From IMG/VR virus record IMGVR_UViG_3300046522_000512, positions 20,791 to 84,790 of that record: a stretch of DNA of 64,000 nucleotides. One strand, given 5' to 3'. Below are positions 1 to 10,400 of the stretch, one piece after another. Positions within the stretch are counted from its first letter, which is position 1. The number at the start of each line of letters is the position of its first letter. Below the pieces are notes generated by a model. The model had not been told where the DNA came from. It worked only from the letters and a program-made list of their open reading frames with translations, and searched no databases. The position numbers and the translations under genes are program-made. This DNA is from a virus.

Positions 1-184
1 CGATCAGGCCCTTGATCTCCTGGGCGTCCTTGACCGCCTTGACGTAGGCGTTGCGCTGCTCGGTGGAGACGACGAATGCGCCGTTCTCCTCCTTGAACGT
101 TCCTGCGATGCGCTCGGCTTCGGCTGACTTCTCGTTGAGCTGGCTCTTCAGCGAGCGCAGAAGGCTCTGGTCGGTGGTAGGCAT
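1..184 (-). CDS. Probable major capsid protein, N-terminal part (runs off the window)
   Basis: ATG at 184 with GGGAG RBS; reads MPTTDQSLLRSLKSQLNEKSAEAERIAG..., coiled-coil-like as in HK97 delta domains; directly downstream of the prohead protease. Confidence 0.7.
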   Translation of the reverse strand, partial: MPTTDQSLLRSLKSQLNEKSAEAERIAGTFKEENGAFVVSTEQRNAYVKAVKDAQEIKGLI

Positions 185-350
185 TTTGGTTGCACTCCCT
201 GTGCTGGACGGGCGATGACGTGCGCATCACGCCCGGCCAGCACCGGGACGTCTCAACGCTGGGGCGCATGGAAAGGCACAGGGGGTGTTAGCGTCTCGGG
301 CTCCCGGCCACGCAGGGACGCGCAGCGGGGAGCCCGAGGAAAACCGCAGT

Positions 351-2333
351 TCAGATGGCAAGTGCGGCGAGTGCCGCCTTGACCTCCGTGGGGTCCAGGT
401 GCACGGAGTCGTTCTCGTCGGCCGGGGTGTTCCCCGGGGGAACAGCCGTGTCGGCGTAGGGGATTGTGCTGTCGGCCGGTCCGTCGTCGGCGGTGGCGCT
501 GTCGGCGAGTTCGTCATAGGCGGCGGGATCGCCGTCCCCGTCGTCGGGCCAGCCGTCGGTGATCGAGTACTTGTCCAGCCACGAGTCGGAGTCGTCCGAG
601 CTGCCGTCGTCCATGGGGGCGCCCTTCTTCGACAGGGCGTCGAGGAGTTTCCCGATGGTGGGCCGCAGGTGTTCCAGGTGCGCGGGTCCGGCGTCGGACA
701 CCTCGATCAGCGCCGTGGCGTCCTGAAGAGCCCGGTCGGTCGGCCTGATGAACCGCTCGCGGGTGGACTCCGTGGCGTCGGCCAGGCGCTCCGGCCCGGC
801 AACAGGGGTGGCCACGGTGGTGAGTTCCACCTGAACGGGCACGCCCAGGTCCACGTCCCGGCCCGACACGGTGTACGGGATGGCGTACGTGTCCGTGTCG
901 CCGTCGTCGTAGCGGCTGACGATGATCCGGTCGGGGTAGGTCGCCTCGATCGCCACCCAGCAGCATTCCGGCTGCTCGGGGCCCCCGCCGCCGCGGTCGT
1001 CGTTGTCCGGGGTGAGCAGTGCGCGCGCAGCTTTGCTGAGCTGGTCGCGGAGCTGCTCGTAGGAGTAGGGCATGGGTGTGCTCATGAGTCGCTCCGGAAG
1101 CTGAATGGGTTCGGCGGACTTGGCCTCGATGACGATCTGCGCGGCCGACTTCTGCTCCAGCACCGCGGCGTGGGTGGCGGCCGACTTCGCCTCCATCACG
1201 ATCTGCGCCGCCGACTTCGCCTCCATCGAGGCGGCGGGTGCGGCCGCGGTCTCGTCGGAGGCCGCGCCGAGCGGCACCTCGAACTCGTCGCCGCCGCGCA
1301 CCACGTGGAGCGTCGTGAAGGTGACCGGGGTGGCCGGCACCGGGTCGGTGCTGTCCAGGTCGTATCCGAGGGTGACGTGCGGGGTGAACCCGTGGTCGTC
1401 GCGGACCGCCTCCGAGTACGGGGACCCGGACAGGGCGAGTACAACCTGCTGCCGCAGCTCTGCGAGGCCCGGCACGTCGACCGGCACCCACGTGGGTATG
1501 CCGTCCCCGGTGTCGGGAAAGACGCCGAGGCCGCCGAGGGTGCCCGTCAGCGGGCCCGAGTCGTTCACGGCCGGGGTGACGATGTCGCGCAGGTCGTCAG
1601 GGTGCCCGCCGAGGTCGCCGACGTCGCCGAGGTAGGCGAGCGTGATGTGCAGGCTCTCCGGGGCGGTGCCGTCGGGCTGGGCGATGGATGCGGCGACGTC
1701 GGCCGGGATCTTCAGCGCGACCATCACGCCGCGCCCCACCTGCGACTCGGCCGCCTTCAGCTCGACCGCCGACCATGTGGCCTTGCGCTCCAGTTCGTCG
1801 CGCGCCCGGGTCGCTGCCTTCACTTCGATGCTCCGCGTCATCGGGTGCGCGCCGTGAAGTACGGGGCTCACCTCGTACAGGTCCAGGTCGTGGATGATGC
1901 GGACGCCGTCGTGACGCTTGGACGCGCCGCCCGGGGGGACCTTGAAGCCGATGGAGAACTGCGCTTCGCCGTTCTCATGCCACTGGCGGACCTGTTCGTA
2001 GGCATCGCGGCCGCGGGTGGTGCGCAGGTTGTACTGGCAGGTCGCGACAAGCGCTCCGGCCTCCTTGGGCCACACGGAGCCGCCCGGGATCGAGGCGAAG
2101 CGCGGATCTCCCGGCATCCACTCCTCGATCGACAGGACACTGCCGACCGGCTCTTTCCAGTCGTGGCTCCACACCGGCTTTACACGGCGGGACGCGAGGG
2201 TGCGGGTGAACGCTCCGGGGATGATGAGGTCTTCGACATCGTCGACCACGCCTGTGACTGCGAAGATGGCGCGGACGATGCCCTTTCCGCCGCGGGCGCG
2301 GCGCAGCATTGCGGTGGGCGGCGGGCTCGGCAC
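351..2333 (-). CDS. HK97-type prohead protease fused to a 2H phosphoesterase (2'-5' RNA ligase/Acb1-like fold) and an acidic scaffold-like C-terminus
   Basis: Protease motifs GAFTRTL, WSHDW, FSIGF, LYEVSPVLHGA; two HxT motifs (LHITL, PHVTL); AGGAGGA RBS. Confidence 0.88.
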   Translation of the reverse strand: MPSPPPTAMLRRARGGKGIVRAIFAVTGVVDDVEDLIIPGAFTRTLASRRVKPVWSHDWKEPVGSVLSIEEWMPGDPRFASIPGGSVWPKEAGALVATCQYNLRTTRGRDAYEQVRQWHENGEAQFSIGFKVPPGGASKRHDGVRIIHDLDLYEVSPVLHGAHPMTRSIEVKAATRARDELERKATWSAVELKAAESQVGRGVMVALKIPADVAASIAQPDGTAPESLHITLAYLGDVGDLGGHPDDLRDIVTPAVNDSGPLTGTLGGLGVFPDTGDGIPTWVPVDVPGLAELRQQVVLALSGSPYSEAVRDDHGFTPHVTLGYDLDSTDPVPATPVTFTTLHVVRGGDEFEVPLGAASDETAAAPAASMEAKSAAQIVMEAKSAATHAAVLEQKSAAQIVIEAKSAEPIQLPERLMSTPMPYSYEQLRDQLSKAARALLTPDNDDRGGGGPEQPECCWVAIEATYPDRIIVSRYDDGDTDTYAIPYTVSGRDVDLGVPVQVELTTVATPVAGPERLADATESTRERFIRPTDRALQDATALIEVSDAGPAHLEHLRPTIGKLLDALSKKGAPMDDGSSDDSDSWLDKYSITDGWPDDGDGDPAAYDELADSATADDGPADSTIPYADTAVPPGNTPADENDSVHLDPTEVKAALAALAI

Positions 2334-2421
2334 GGCGGGTTCCTCCTAGGCGGGGCTCTCGATGCGCGCACCGTGCCCCGCCCGGGGGGTTAGCGTCCCG
2401 CCGTGGCCTTCCGGCCGGGCC

Positions 2422-2994
2422 TCACTTCCACGGCTTGCCCTTCTTCTTCTTGGGGTCCGCGGGGTCCACTTCGCCGCCCGAGCCGTCGGCCGGGTCGTTG
2501 GGGACGGCTTCGTCCGCGGTGCCGTAGTCCAGCGCGAGGCCGCCGTCGTCCGCGGCCGCGGGATCGGCGGCGGGATCGCCGGCCGCCGGGTCCTGCGCTG
2601 CGGGGTCCTGCATCGCGGGGTCCTGCGCTGCGGGGTCCGGCTGGTCGCCGGTGCCGCCGGACTGCGCCATACCGGCGTCGTCCACGTCGATGGCCCACGT
2701 GTCCGGGTCCGAGTAGCGCCACACCTGCCCGGACTCGTCACGGACCCAGCACGTCAGCGTGCCGTCCTCCGCCTTGTCCAGCCACGCCTGCTCGCCGTTG
2801 TTGCCGGAGAAAGAGGCGTACGCCTGCGCCGGATCGGTCTCGTCGCCCTCGTCGTAGGCGTCGCCCGCCCACGGCCGGGCGTCATCCTGATGCGGTGGCT
2901 GAAGCTCCGGCGGCTGTTCGGCAGCCGGGTCCATGCCCTGCGCCGCCGGGTCCTGGGACGGGGGCAGCGCCTTCACCTCGAATCTGTAGTCCAC
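2422..2994 (-). CDS. Acidic hypothetical protein in the head operon with AQDPA repeats
   Basis: Typical codon bias, leaderless GTG after a class I promoter, basic C-terminal tail. Confidence 0.7.
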   Translation of the reverse strand: MDYRFEVKALPPSQDPAAQGMDPAAEQPPELQPPHQDDARPWAGDAYDEGDETDPAQAYASFSGNNGEQAWLDKAEDGTLTCWVRDESGQVWRYSDPDTWAIDVDDAGMAQSGGTGDQPDPAAQDPAMQDPAAQDPAAGDPAADPAAADDGGLALDYGTADEAVPNDPADGSGGEVDPADPKKKKGKPWK

Positions 2995-3186
2995 GCCGCG
3001 AAGGGTCGGGAGTTCAAGAGCTTGCGTCTCGGCCTCCGCCAGGAGCGTGGCCCGGACGACTGCGCCCGCCTGTGGCCGGTCGGTTCGAATTGCAACAAAT
3101 TGGTTAAAGCGCTAGACATGTGGCGAGAGCCCGGTGTCCGATGGGCATCGTTTTCAGCAGGGCCCCACCTCAAGGGTGTGAGCGCT

Positions 3187-3229
3187 TCAGGCGAACCCGA
3201 CCGCCTAGTTCCCGGTCGGGTTCGCCTGA
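3187..3229. terminator. Perfect 17-bp inverted repeat, probable terminator
   Basis: TCAGGCGAACCCGACCG-9 nt-CGGTCGGGTTCGCCTGA. Confidence 0.6.
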
Positions 3230-3303
3230 CGGCTTTTCCGACGGAACGGTCGCGTACGTCCATCCACGCCCACACCATGTACCTGCCGGTACGACCAGTC
3301 TGC

Positions 3304-3432
3304 TTACCTCCAGGCCGCGATCGCGGCAATGGTTGCCACGATCAGCCCGAGGGCCGCCAGCGCGACCATCCAGCGGTCAGCGGGCCGCCAACGGCGTTTC
3401 CCCTTCTTGGGGTGCTTCTTGGGGTGGTGCAT
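3304..3432 (-). CDS. 42-aa small membrane peptide (basic N-terminus + one TM helix)
   Basis: GGGAGGA RBS; MHHPKKHPKKGKRRWRPADRWMVALAALGLIVATIAAIAAWR. Confidence 0.55.
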   Translation of the reverse strand: MHHPKKHPKKGKRRWRPADRWMVALAALGLIVATIAAIAAWR

Positions 3433-3523
3433 GGGTTCTTCCTCCCATCGCGGTCTAGTGGACGGATAGGCATCTGCACATCTGCCTCAGCACCACCTCC
3501 AATGAGCAGGTGTCACTACCCAT

Positions 3524-3584
3524 ACCACACGCACTGTGGTCTACGCCACAGGCTATGTGGTCTAAACCAATAAATCTCTGTGGG
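3524..3584. promoter_or_regulatory. Tandem palindromic operator-like sites CCACA-N5-TGTGG, 21-bp period
   Basis: ACCACAcgcacTGTGGT, GCCACAggctaTGTGGT and a degenerate third copy, between divergent genes. Confidence 0.5.
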
Positions 3585-3670
3585 GCGCTGACCAGGAATA
3601 ACGCTGCTTCAGGCAACAAACTGGTCTGCATCCGTGGTGAGATCGCGTAGCAGATAGCTAGGATCGGGCT

Positions 3671-3928
3671 ATGGCTAAGACACAGTTGAACGCGCGCGTG
3701 CCGGAGGAGCTGGCCGACGAGGTCCGCTCGGCCGCGAGTAGGGCAGGCATGGACATTGGGGACTACGTCGCCGCAGTCCTTGAGGCTGACCTGGCGGCCG
3801 CGTCAGGAAGCCAAGAACTGCGACAGGCTCGCGCGAACATGCACGCTGCCGCGGCCTACAAGAAGTGGATGGCCAGTGAAAAGTCCGAAGAGGGCGCGAT
3901 GAGCATGGAGGAGGTCTTCCACGCGTGA
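3671..3928 (+). CDS. Putative antitoxin (ribbon-helix-helix)
   Basis: N-terminal QLNARVPEEL RHH pattern; C-terminal MSMEEVF; TAGGAT -10 six nt upstream (leaderless); 4-nt overlap with the next gene. Confidence 0.65.
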   Translation: MAKTQLNARVPEELADEVRSAASRAGMDIGDYVAAVLEADLAAASGSQELRQARANMHAAAAYKKWMASEKSEEGAMSMEEVFHA

Positions 3929-4173
3929 CGGCGATCCCGGCAAGGTTCGCTGCCCACGTCGGCGAGACCATCAAGAACCTGCCCGGCCCTGACAAGGAGG
4001 AGCTGCACACCGCGATCCTGCGGGCGTGTGCGGACCCGATGTCGTGGCCACAGGCCGACAAATACGAGATGGACGAGACGGTGCGCGTCATCACGACGCG
4101 CACCGCCATCGTCCACTACGTGATCCTTCTCGGCGCGGACCCTCACCTGTGGCTCTTCGCCATCACGGTCTGA
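3925..4173 (+). CDS. Putative RelE/ParE-like toxin
   Basis: 82 aa, coupled to an RHH gene; helix-helix-DP followed by beta strands, as in RelE/ParE folds. Confidence 0.5.
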   Translation: MTAIPARFAAHVGETIKNLPGPDKEELHTAILRACADPMSWPQADKYEMDETVRVITTRTAIVHYVILLGADPHLWLFAITV

Positions 4174-4390
4174 CCGCGACCACGCTGGTCTTCTGCCGAA
4201 GCAGAGCCAGCACCGCATCCGCGTCGCCCGGGTCGAGATCCCGCCGGGGCCCGAGGGGGCCGAGCAGCACCGGCGTGCCGGCGTACTGCTCGACCATCGC
4301 CCTCACCCGGCGGGACCCGGTGACCGGGCCCCCGCCGGGGATCTGGACCTGATAGGCGGAACCGTCCTCCATCGTGCCCGTCACCAGCAT
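4163..4390 (-). CDS. Small hypothetical protein following the giant gene
   Basis: AGGAAGG RBS and ATG at 4390. Confidence 0.6.
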   Translation of the reverse strand: MLVTGTMEDGSAYQVQIPGGGPVTGSRRVRAMVEQYAGTPVLLGPLGPRRDLDPGDADAVLALLRQKTSVVAVRP

Positions 4391-4407
4391 GCTTGCCTGC
4401 CTTCCTG

Positions 4408-7400
4408 TCACCGAGTGGCGAGCAGTCCCAGAAGGAACGCCCGCAGGTCGTCATCCCTGTACCAGTCGCCCGAGAACATCGTCGCGAGCCCGCGAGCCAC
4501 GATCTGGTCATCGGTGACGTCCTCCGCCCGGCCGCCGAACAGCCGCTCCAGCAGCGCATCCAGCGTGCTGCGCCGGGCCCCGGGCCGTCCGGTGTGGGTC
4601 CGGGTGAACCCGAACACCTCCTGCGCGGCCAGCAGATCCGGGTAAGAGCGCTGAAGGTGAGCCACCAGAGCGTTCACCGCAGTGCCGCGGCCGCCGTCGC
4701 CGAGGTCAGCGACCGTGGCCGTACCGGAGTCGGCGTCGTACGAGCCCGCGTCACCATCGACCGCGGTCACGAACCGTGCCGTGCGGTCCGCGAGCCACTC
4801 CCGCGGCACGTAGCCCGCAGCATCGGCCAGCGCTCGCGCCGCCGCCGGGTCGCTGCTGTGGCTCAGCGTCAGCCGGTTCCTGCCACCGGGGCCCATCTCT
4901 CGGACCTGCGCGAGGGTGTCACGCACCGCGCCGGGCAGCGCGGCCGTGTACGCCTGGTGCAGCCGGTCGGCTTCCTGCCGGGCGTGCTGCGCTTCCACCT
5001 GCGCCGCGGCGATCTCCGGACCGAGGTCCGGGGCGCCCTGGCCGGCCGCCACCGCCCGCAGGTTCCGAACACGGGCCTCCGCCCGGTCCTGGTAGCGGCG
5101 GGCGTGCCGCACCGTGCCGTGCGGGTCGTCGCCGAGCTCCGGCGCGGCCGCCATCAGCCGTGCCACGACATCGGCGTCCACGTCCGTACCGGCCGCGCGC
5201 ACCGCGGCGAGATGCCGCAGGGCGTGCCGCCCGGGTCCGCGGTCCGCAGCCCGGTCCATCGTCCAGCCCGTGCCGTCCTGCACGCCGGGGAGCTGACCCG
5301 CGGCGAGCGAGGAGCGGGTGGCCAGCCGGTACCAGCGACGGCGCCGGGAGACCTGACCGAAGTGGCCCGGGGCGGGCAGCAGCCGCGCCCAGTGCGCCAC
5401 CTGGTCGGCCAGCGACATGCCGTCCCCGTGCCGCGGCAGGGAGCGGGCAGCGGCCGCGATACGGCGCAGGCGCCGAGTCTCCGGCCACGATCGCACCCGC
5501 CGCACCAGACCCTTGCGGAACCGGTTGATGGCCTTGAACGGGTACGCCACCGCGGCGGCGAGACCCTTGAGGAACGCGGCCACCAGCTCCACGACCCGGC
5601 GGGCGATCTGCACGAGCGCCGCCGTGATGCGGGCGAGCATTCCCGGCCGCTCGCCTTCCGGCAGCTGGGCCGCAATGCGCTGCGCTGCACCGTCACGGCT
5701 GTCAGCCATGCGCTGCGCGAGCCGGGCGACGATCGCCGCGCGCCGCTCCGGAGTCAGCAGCCCCGTATCGGCATCCCGGAGCGCCTCGCCCACCGCACCA
5801 TCGACGTGGCCCTGCACCTCGTCGTCGACTGGGGAACCCGCACCCGCGTCGGGCTCGGGAGTGGCCTCACCATCGGCGCTGCCGTCCCCGTCGCCCACAC
5901 CGGTGTCGAGGTCGGGCTCATCCGACTCCGACCGGTTGCGCAGCGACTCCGGGATCAGCCGCAGCAGGTCCGCAGCACGCGCCGCGGTGTCCTCGGGCGA
6001 CTCCCCGTCCAGCGGCTCCAGGTCGTCGAGCGTCTGCACCGCAGCCTGCACCGCGTCGATCCGCGAGCGCATCGCCATCCGCCGCAGCTCGGCGAGCAGC
6101 CGCTCCCGCTCGTCGCCGGTGATACCCGACCCGTCGACCACCGCCTGCGCGTCCCTTTGCACGCGCCGCATCGCCGACCGGAGCGCGCCCGCCGTGACCT
6201 TCGCGGCGATCTGCTCCCGGAGCTGGTGAATGCTGCCCGGGGTCTGAGTCCCTTCCACCGCGGCGTCGACCACGGCCCGCGCGACCAAGTCGCCGTAATC
6301 GGCCGTGAACGCCGCCGTGTCCAGGCCCGCGTTCGGGTCCCGAGCTTCGGCGTCATCGTCGGCCGGAACCTGCGGCTCGGGCAGTTGGTACAGCGGGTCA
6401 CCGGCGGCCATGGTCCGCTCGGAACGCTGCCCGTTCCCGTCTTCCACCGTCAGGACCCGCAAGCCGCCCGGGGCGTCCTGGACGTCCGTGACGCGGTACG
6501 AGGCCATCTCGTCGGGGTTCGTCTCGTCCGGCAGGGCGATGGTGTCACCGACACCGACCGAGCCGACCGTGCCCGGCTCCGGCCGCCCCGCCGGCGCGCT
6601 GTCCGCATCCGGGTTCGGGGCGTCGGCCTCGCCGGTCAGGCGGCGCTGGTTCGCGGCGAACCAGGCAGCCGCGGGCCGTTCCCGGTCCATGACGCTCACC
6701 GACTCGGCAAGGGATCCGCCGAGGATCTGGAACGTCCTGGTGGTGGACGGCCTACCGGCCAGGCCTTCGAGCTCGACCGTGACCTGCTTGTCGCCGACGC
6801 TGACGGACTGCACCTTGCGGGTGAACCAGTCGCTGCCGTTGGCGCCGGTGCCGAACACCAGGTGATCGCCCGGCTTCAGCTCGGTCGCCTTCACGATGCG
6901 GCGGTCTGCCTGATCGGCGACCCCACCGCCTTCAAGGGCGCTGTCGTAGGGCAGGGGCCGGAACGGGGCGCGGGCGCCCACGCTGTCACTGATGAACCGG
7001 CCGTCAGCGTTGGCCAGGAGGAGATTGACTGTCTTCCCGTCCTCGCTTCGGATCCCTTCCACGACCAGCAGACGGGAGGGCTCCCCGTTGACCGGCGCCA
7101 CGATCACATCACCGGTACTCAGGTAGCGCGCTTCGGTGGTCATACCGCCGTCGTCGTTGCTCGTCCCGGTCTGCCCGGCCGCCTGGTCGAGGCGGTCAGC
7201 GGCCCGCTTGGCTGCGCGGCCCTCCGCCGTCGATGGGTCGGCGTTCTGGCGAAGGCCTTCAGCTATCGCGGCCGCCTGCTCGGGGGTGACGGGCAGGTCC
7301 CGGGCGATCCGGGCCGCGCCCTGCTGCGCCTCGGGGGCGTCGCCGGGGGCGGTGCCCCGGTCGGCGACCGCGTCGCGCTCTTCCGGTGCAAGCTCCGGGT

Positions 7401-10400
7401 CCACGGTCGGCCCGGTCACGGGCTCCACCGTCGGGGCCGGCTCGCGGCTCGTGATCGGCTCCTTGCGCCGCTGGGCGGCCGGTGTGCCGTCCTGCCCGTT
7501 GTTGTCGGTGTCGCCGATGACGCGCAGGTCCGTGACGGGCATGGGCTTCATGCCCTCCGTGGTGGCGACGGTCGCGGTGTCGCCGTCCAGTTCCTCCACG
7601 GTGCCGAGCATGTTGCCGTCCCGGTCGCTGACCCAGTTGCCGACGTTCACGCGGTGCCCGTCCGTCGTCCAGCCGGACGGGCGCGCCGCGCCGCCGTCGA
7701 TGACGTTGAGGGTGCTCGGCTCGTGCGCGTCGTCGGTGCGGTCGTCGCCGAACTGCACCCGCACACCGGCGGAGTTCGCCCCGACCACGACGCCTTCGCG
7801 GCCGTCGTCGTCGGTCACGACCGACCCGGGGAACAGGCCGTTGCCGCCGCCGTCGGTCGCCACCCGGTCGGCAACCCGGCCGGTGAGGACATCGGAGTCC
7901 GCGCCGGTCTGCACCGTGGTGGCTTCGTCGCCGATCTCGCGAGTGGCGCGGGCCGCCGTGGCGTCCGGCTTGACCCACACCGACTCGCGCTTGGTCGAGC
8001 CGTCCGGGGTCTCGGCGATCAGCACGCGGACCATGTCCTGAACGCGCCGGGCCCGGACCGTCGGAACCTCCGTGGGCCCGTCCATGACGTACCCGGCCAG
8101 GGTCCGCGCGGTGCCGCCCTTGGTGATGCCGTCGATCCGCACCACGTCACCCTGGCGGATGTCGGAGACCTTGACCCACTCGGCGGGCCGCCCGTGCACA
8201 GGCTCGGGCACGGCCGGGCGCTCCGGCTCCGCTTTGTCCGCAGACGGCTTCGGGGTCTCCTCGGCCGGGGCGGGCCGCTCCTTGGCCGGCGCCGGGGTCT
8301 TCGCCGCCGGGGCGGGTCGGTCCTCGGCCGGAGCCGGGGCCGGGGTCTCCTTGGCCGGAGCCGGGGCCGGGGTCTCCTTGGCCGGAGCCGGGGCCGGGGT
8401 CTCCTTGGCCGGGGCGGGCCGTTCCTCGGCCGGGACCGGGGCCGGGGCCGGAGCCGGGGTGTTGGGGGCGGCCGCTGGGCGCTCCTCCGCCGGGGCCGGG
8501 GTGTTGTCGCCGGAGGACGTGGCCCGCTGGGGGGCGACCTCGGGGGCCTCGCCGACCTGACGGCCGTACCTGTACTCCTCCACCGGCAGGTTGACGTCGT
8601 CCGCGGACATCAGGCGCTGCGCGTTGTCCCCGACGGGGATGACGAACGTGTCCCCGGCCAGCTGGTGGGCGCCCACCACACTGGAGGCGACGTGGATGCG
8701 CACAGCCTTCTGCCGCTTCTTGTTGATGGTGATCGAGGCCGGACGGGGCTCACCCACCACGTAGCCGGTCCTGCGGGTAGTCGCTCCCGGGTAGCGGTTG
8801 GTGATCCGGCCGTCGAGGTCCACGATGTCGCCCGCTCGGAGGTCGGTGACGGGGACGCTCTCCGCCCTGTCCTTGCCGCCCTCGTCCACAAGGTCGTCAA
8901 GGAACTGCTTGGAGGCCCGAGCCTTGCTGATCTCGTGGTGCATGGCTCGCGGGTCCTCGGGTCGCAGCACGTCCAGGTAGTCACGGATCTCGTCGGCCAG
9001 CCAGCCGGGGCCGAGGATGTGCTTGTGCTTCAAATCGGCAGGCTGGTACTTGTAGTGAGTGGCGTCGAGCCACCGCAGCTCGTCGTGCAGGTGGTCCAGG
9101 TCGTCCGCCACGTTCCCGCTGATCGTCTCGCCACGGCCGAGGGCGTCGGCCAGCGCGCGAATCTTCCGGTAGCGCTCCATGTCCGCCGGGTTGTCGTTCA
9201 GCGACTCCAGGCCGCGCAGCCCCTCCTCCTCGGGCGGGAACCCGAGGCTGAGGTTCGAACCCCTGAAGTCCCAAGCGATGTCGGGGTGGACGATGCTCAG
9301 GTCGGGCTCGCCCTGTTCCATGTCCCGCAGTACGAGATGGGCGATGGCCGCATCCCGGGTGGAGAAAGTGCCGTTGTGGTAATGGTTGCCGAGGGGCATC
9401 TCGCCCTCCCACCGCTCCTCGGGCGGTGTCATGTAGAAGCCGGTGGTGTGCGGTGCGCGCACGCTGCCGATCAGCCGGCCGTTGCGCCAGACCTCTTCGC
9501 GGCCATGGTCCGAAACGAGCTTCGGGGAGGGCGTGAACCCCTGCGCAGCGAGTTCCTGTATGCGCTCGGGTGATCCGAACAGGGCGCGCTCACCCTCTTC
9601 GCTGATGATGCCGTTCTCGCCGGTCTGGTACTGCCTCAGCTCGTCGTGCGTCGGGATGCGCCGACCGTCCACGGTGCCCGCACGGCGGCCCTCTCCATGT
9701 GCGGCGTTGATGCCGTACTGGGACGTGGGCGCCGGGGCATCACCCGTGGGGGCCGCGCCCTGACCGTCGCCCGCGCCTGGCGCGTCGGAGCCGCCCGCGG
9801 AAGGCGCGTTCGAGGATGAGGCGCCGTCTTGGCCGCCGACCGGCGTCGCACCGCCCTCGCGCGGCACGTCCGCCCCGCCGGCCGCAGGGGCGTCGGTGTC
9901 AGGGAGGCGTGCGACCTTGTCGTCCGCGAGGATCGTCACGCCGTTGCGGACGTTCGGCTTGGCGTCGGGGTTGTCGCTCAGGTGCAGGCGCCAGGCCTTC
10001 AGGCGCTCCCCGTCGCGGGTCGCGGTGACACTGCGGGCCGGGGCGAGGAGGAAGCCCTCCCGGGTCACCTTGCTTCCGGCGGTGTTCTGCGTCTCGACGC
10101 GCACTCGGTCACCGCGCTGCGGCTCGTTTGGGTTGACGATCTCGGCGCGCGGCTCGTCGCTGATGTCCGGGACGGACGGCGTCCGCTCCGGCCGCTGCGG
10201 CGTGCTCTCCGCCGGCTCGGGGACGTCGGTCCGGTACTGCACATCAGCGCCCTCGGGGATGGCCACGATGTCGCTCGGGTGGAAGCGCCGAGCCTGGTTC
10301 TTGACCTTCCAGTAGCCGTCTCCCTGCCAGTCGTTGGAGCGCTCCACCACGACGTTCATGTGCTGAGTGCGCTTGCCGTCCTGGCGGGCGACGATCCGGA

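Noticed and set aside
6380-7140. Intein/Hint-like A..L..GD motifs in the giant protein
   Set aside because: No intein N-terminal Cys block or HN-C/S/T terminus; better explained as small beta-barrel repeats
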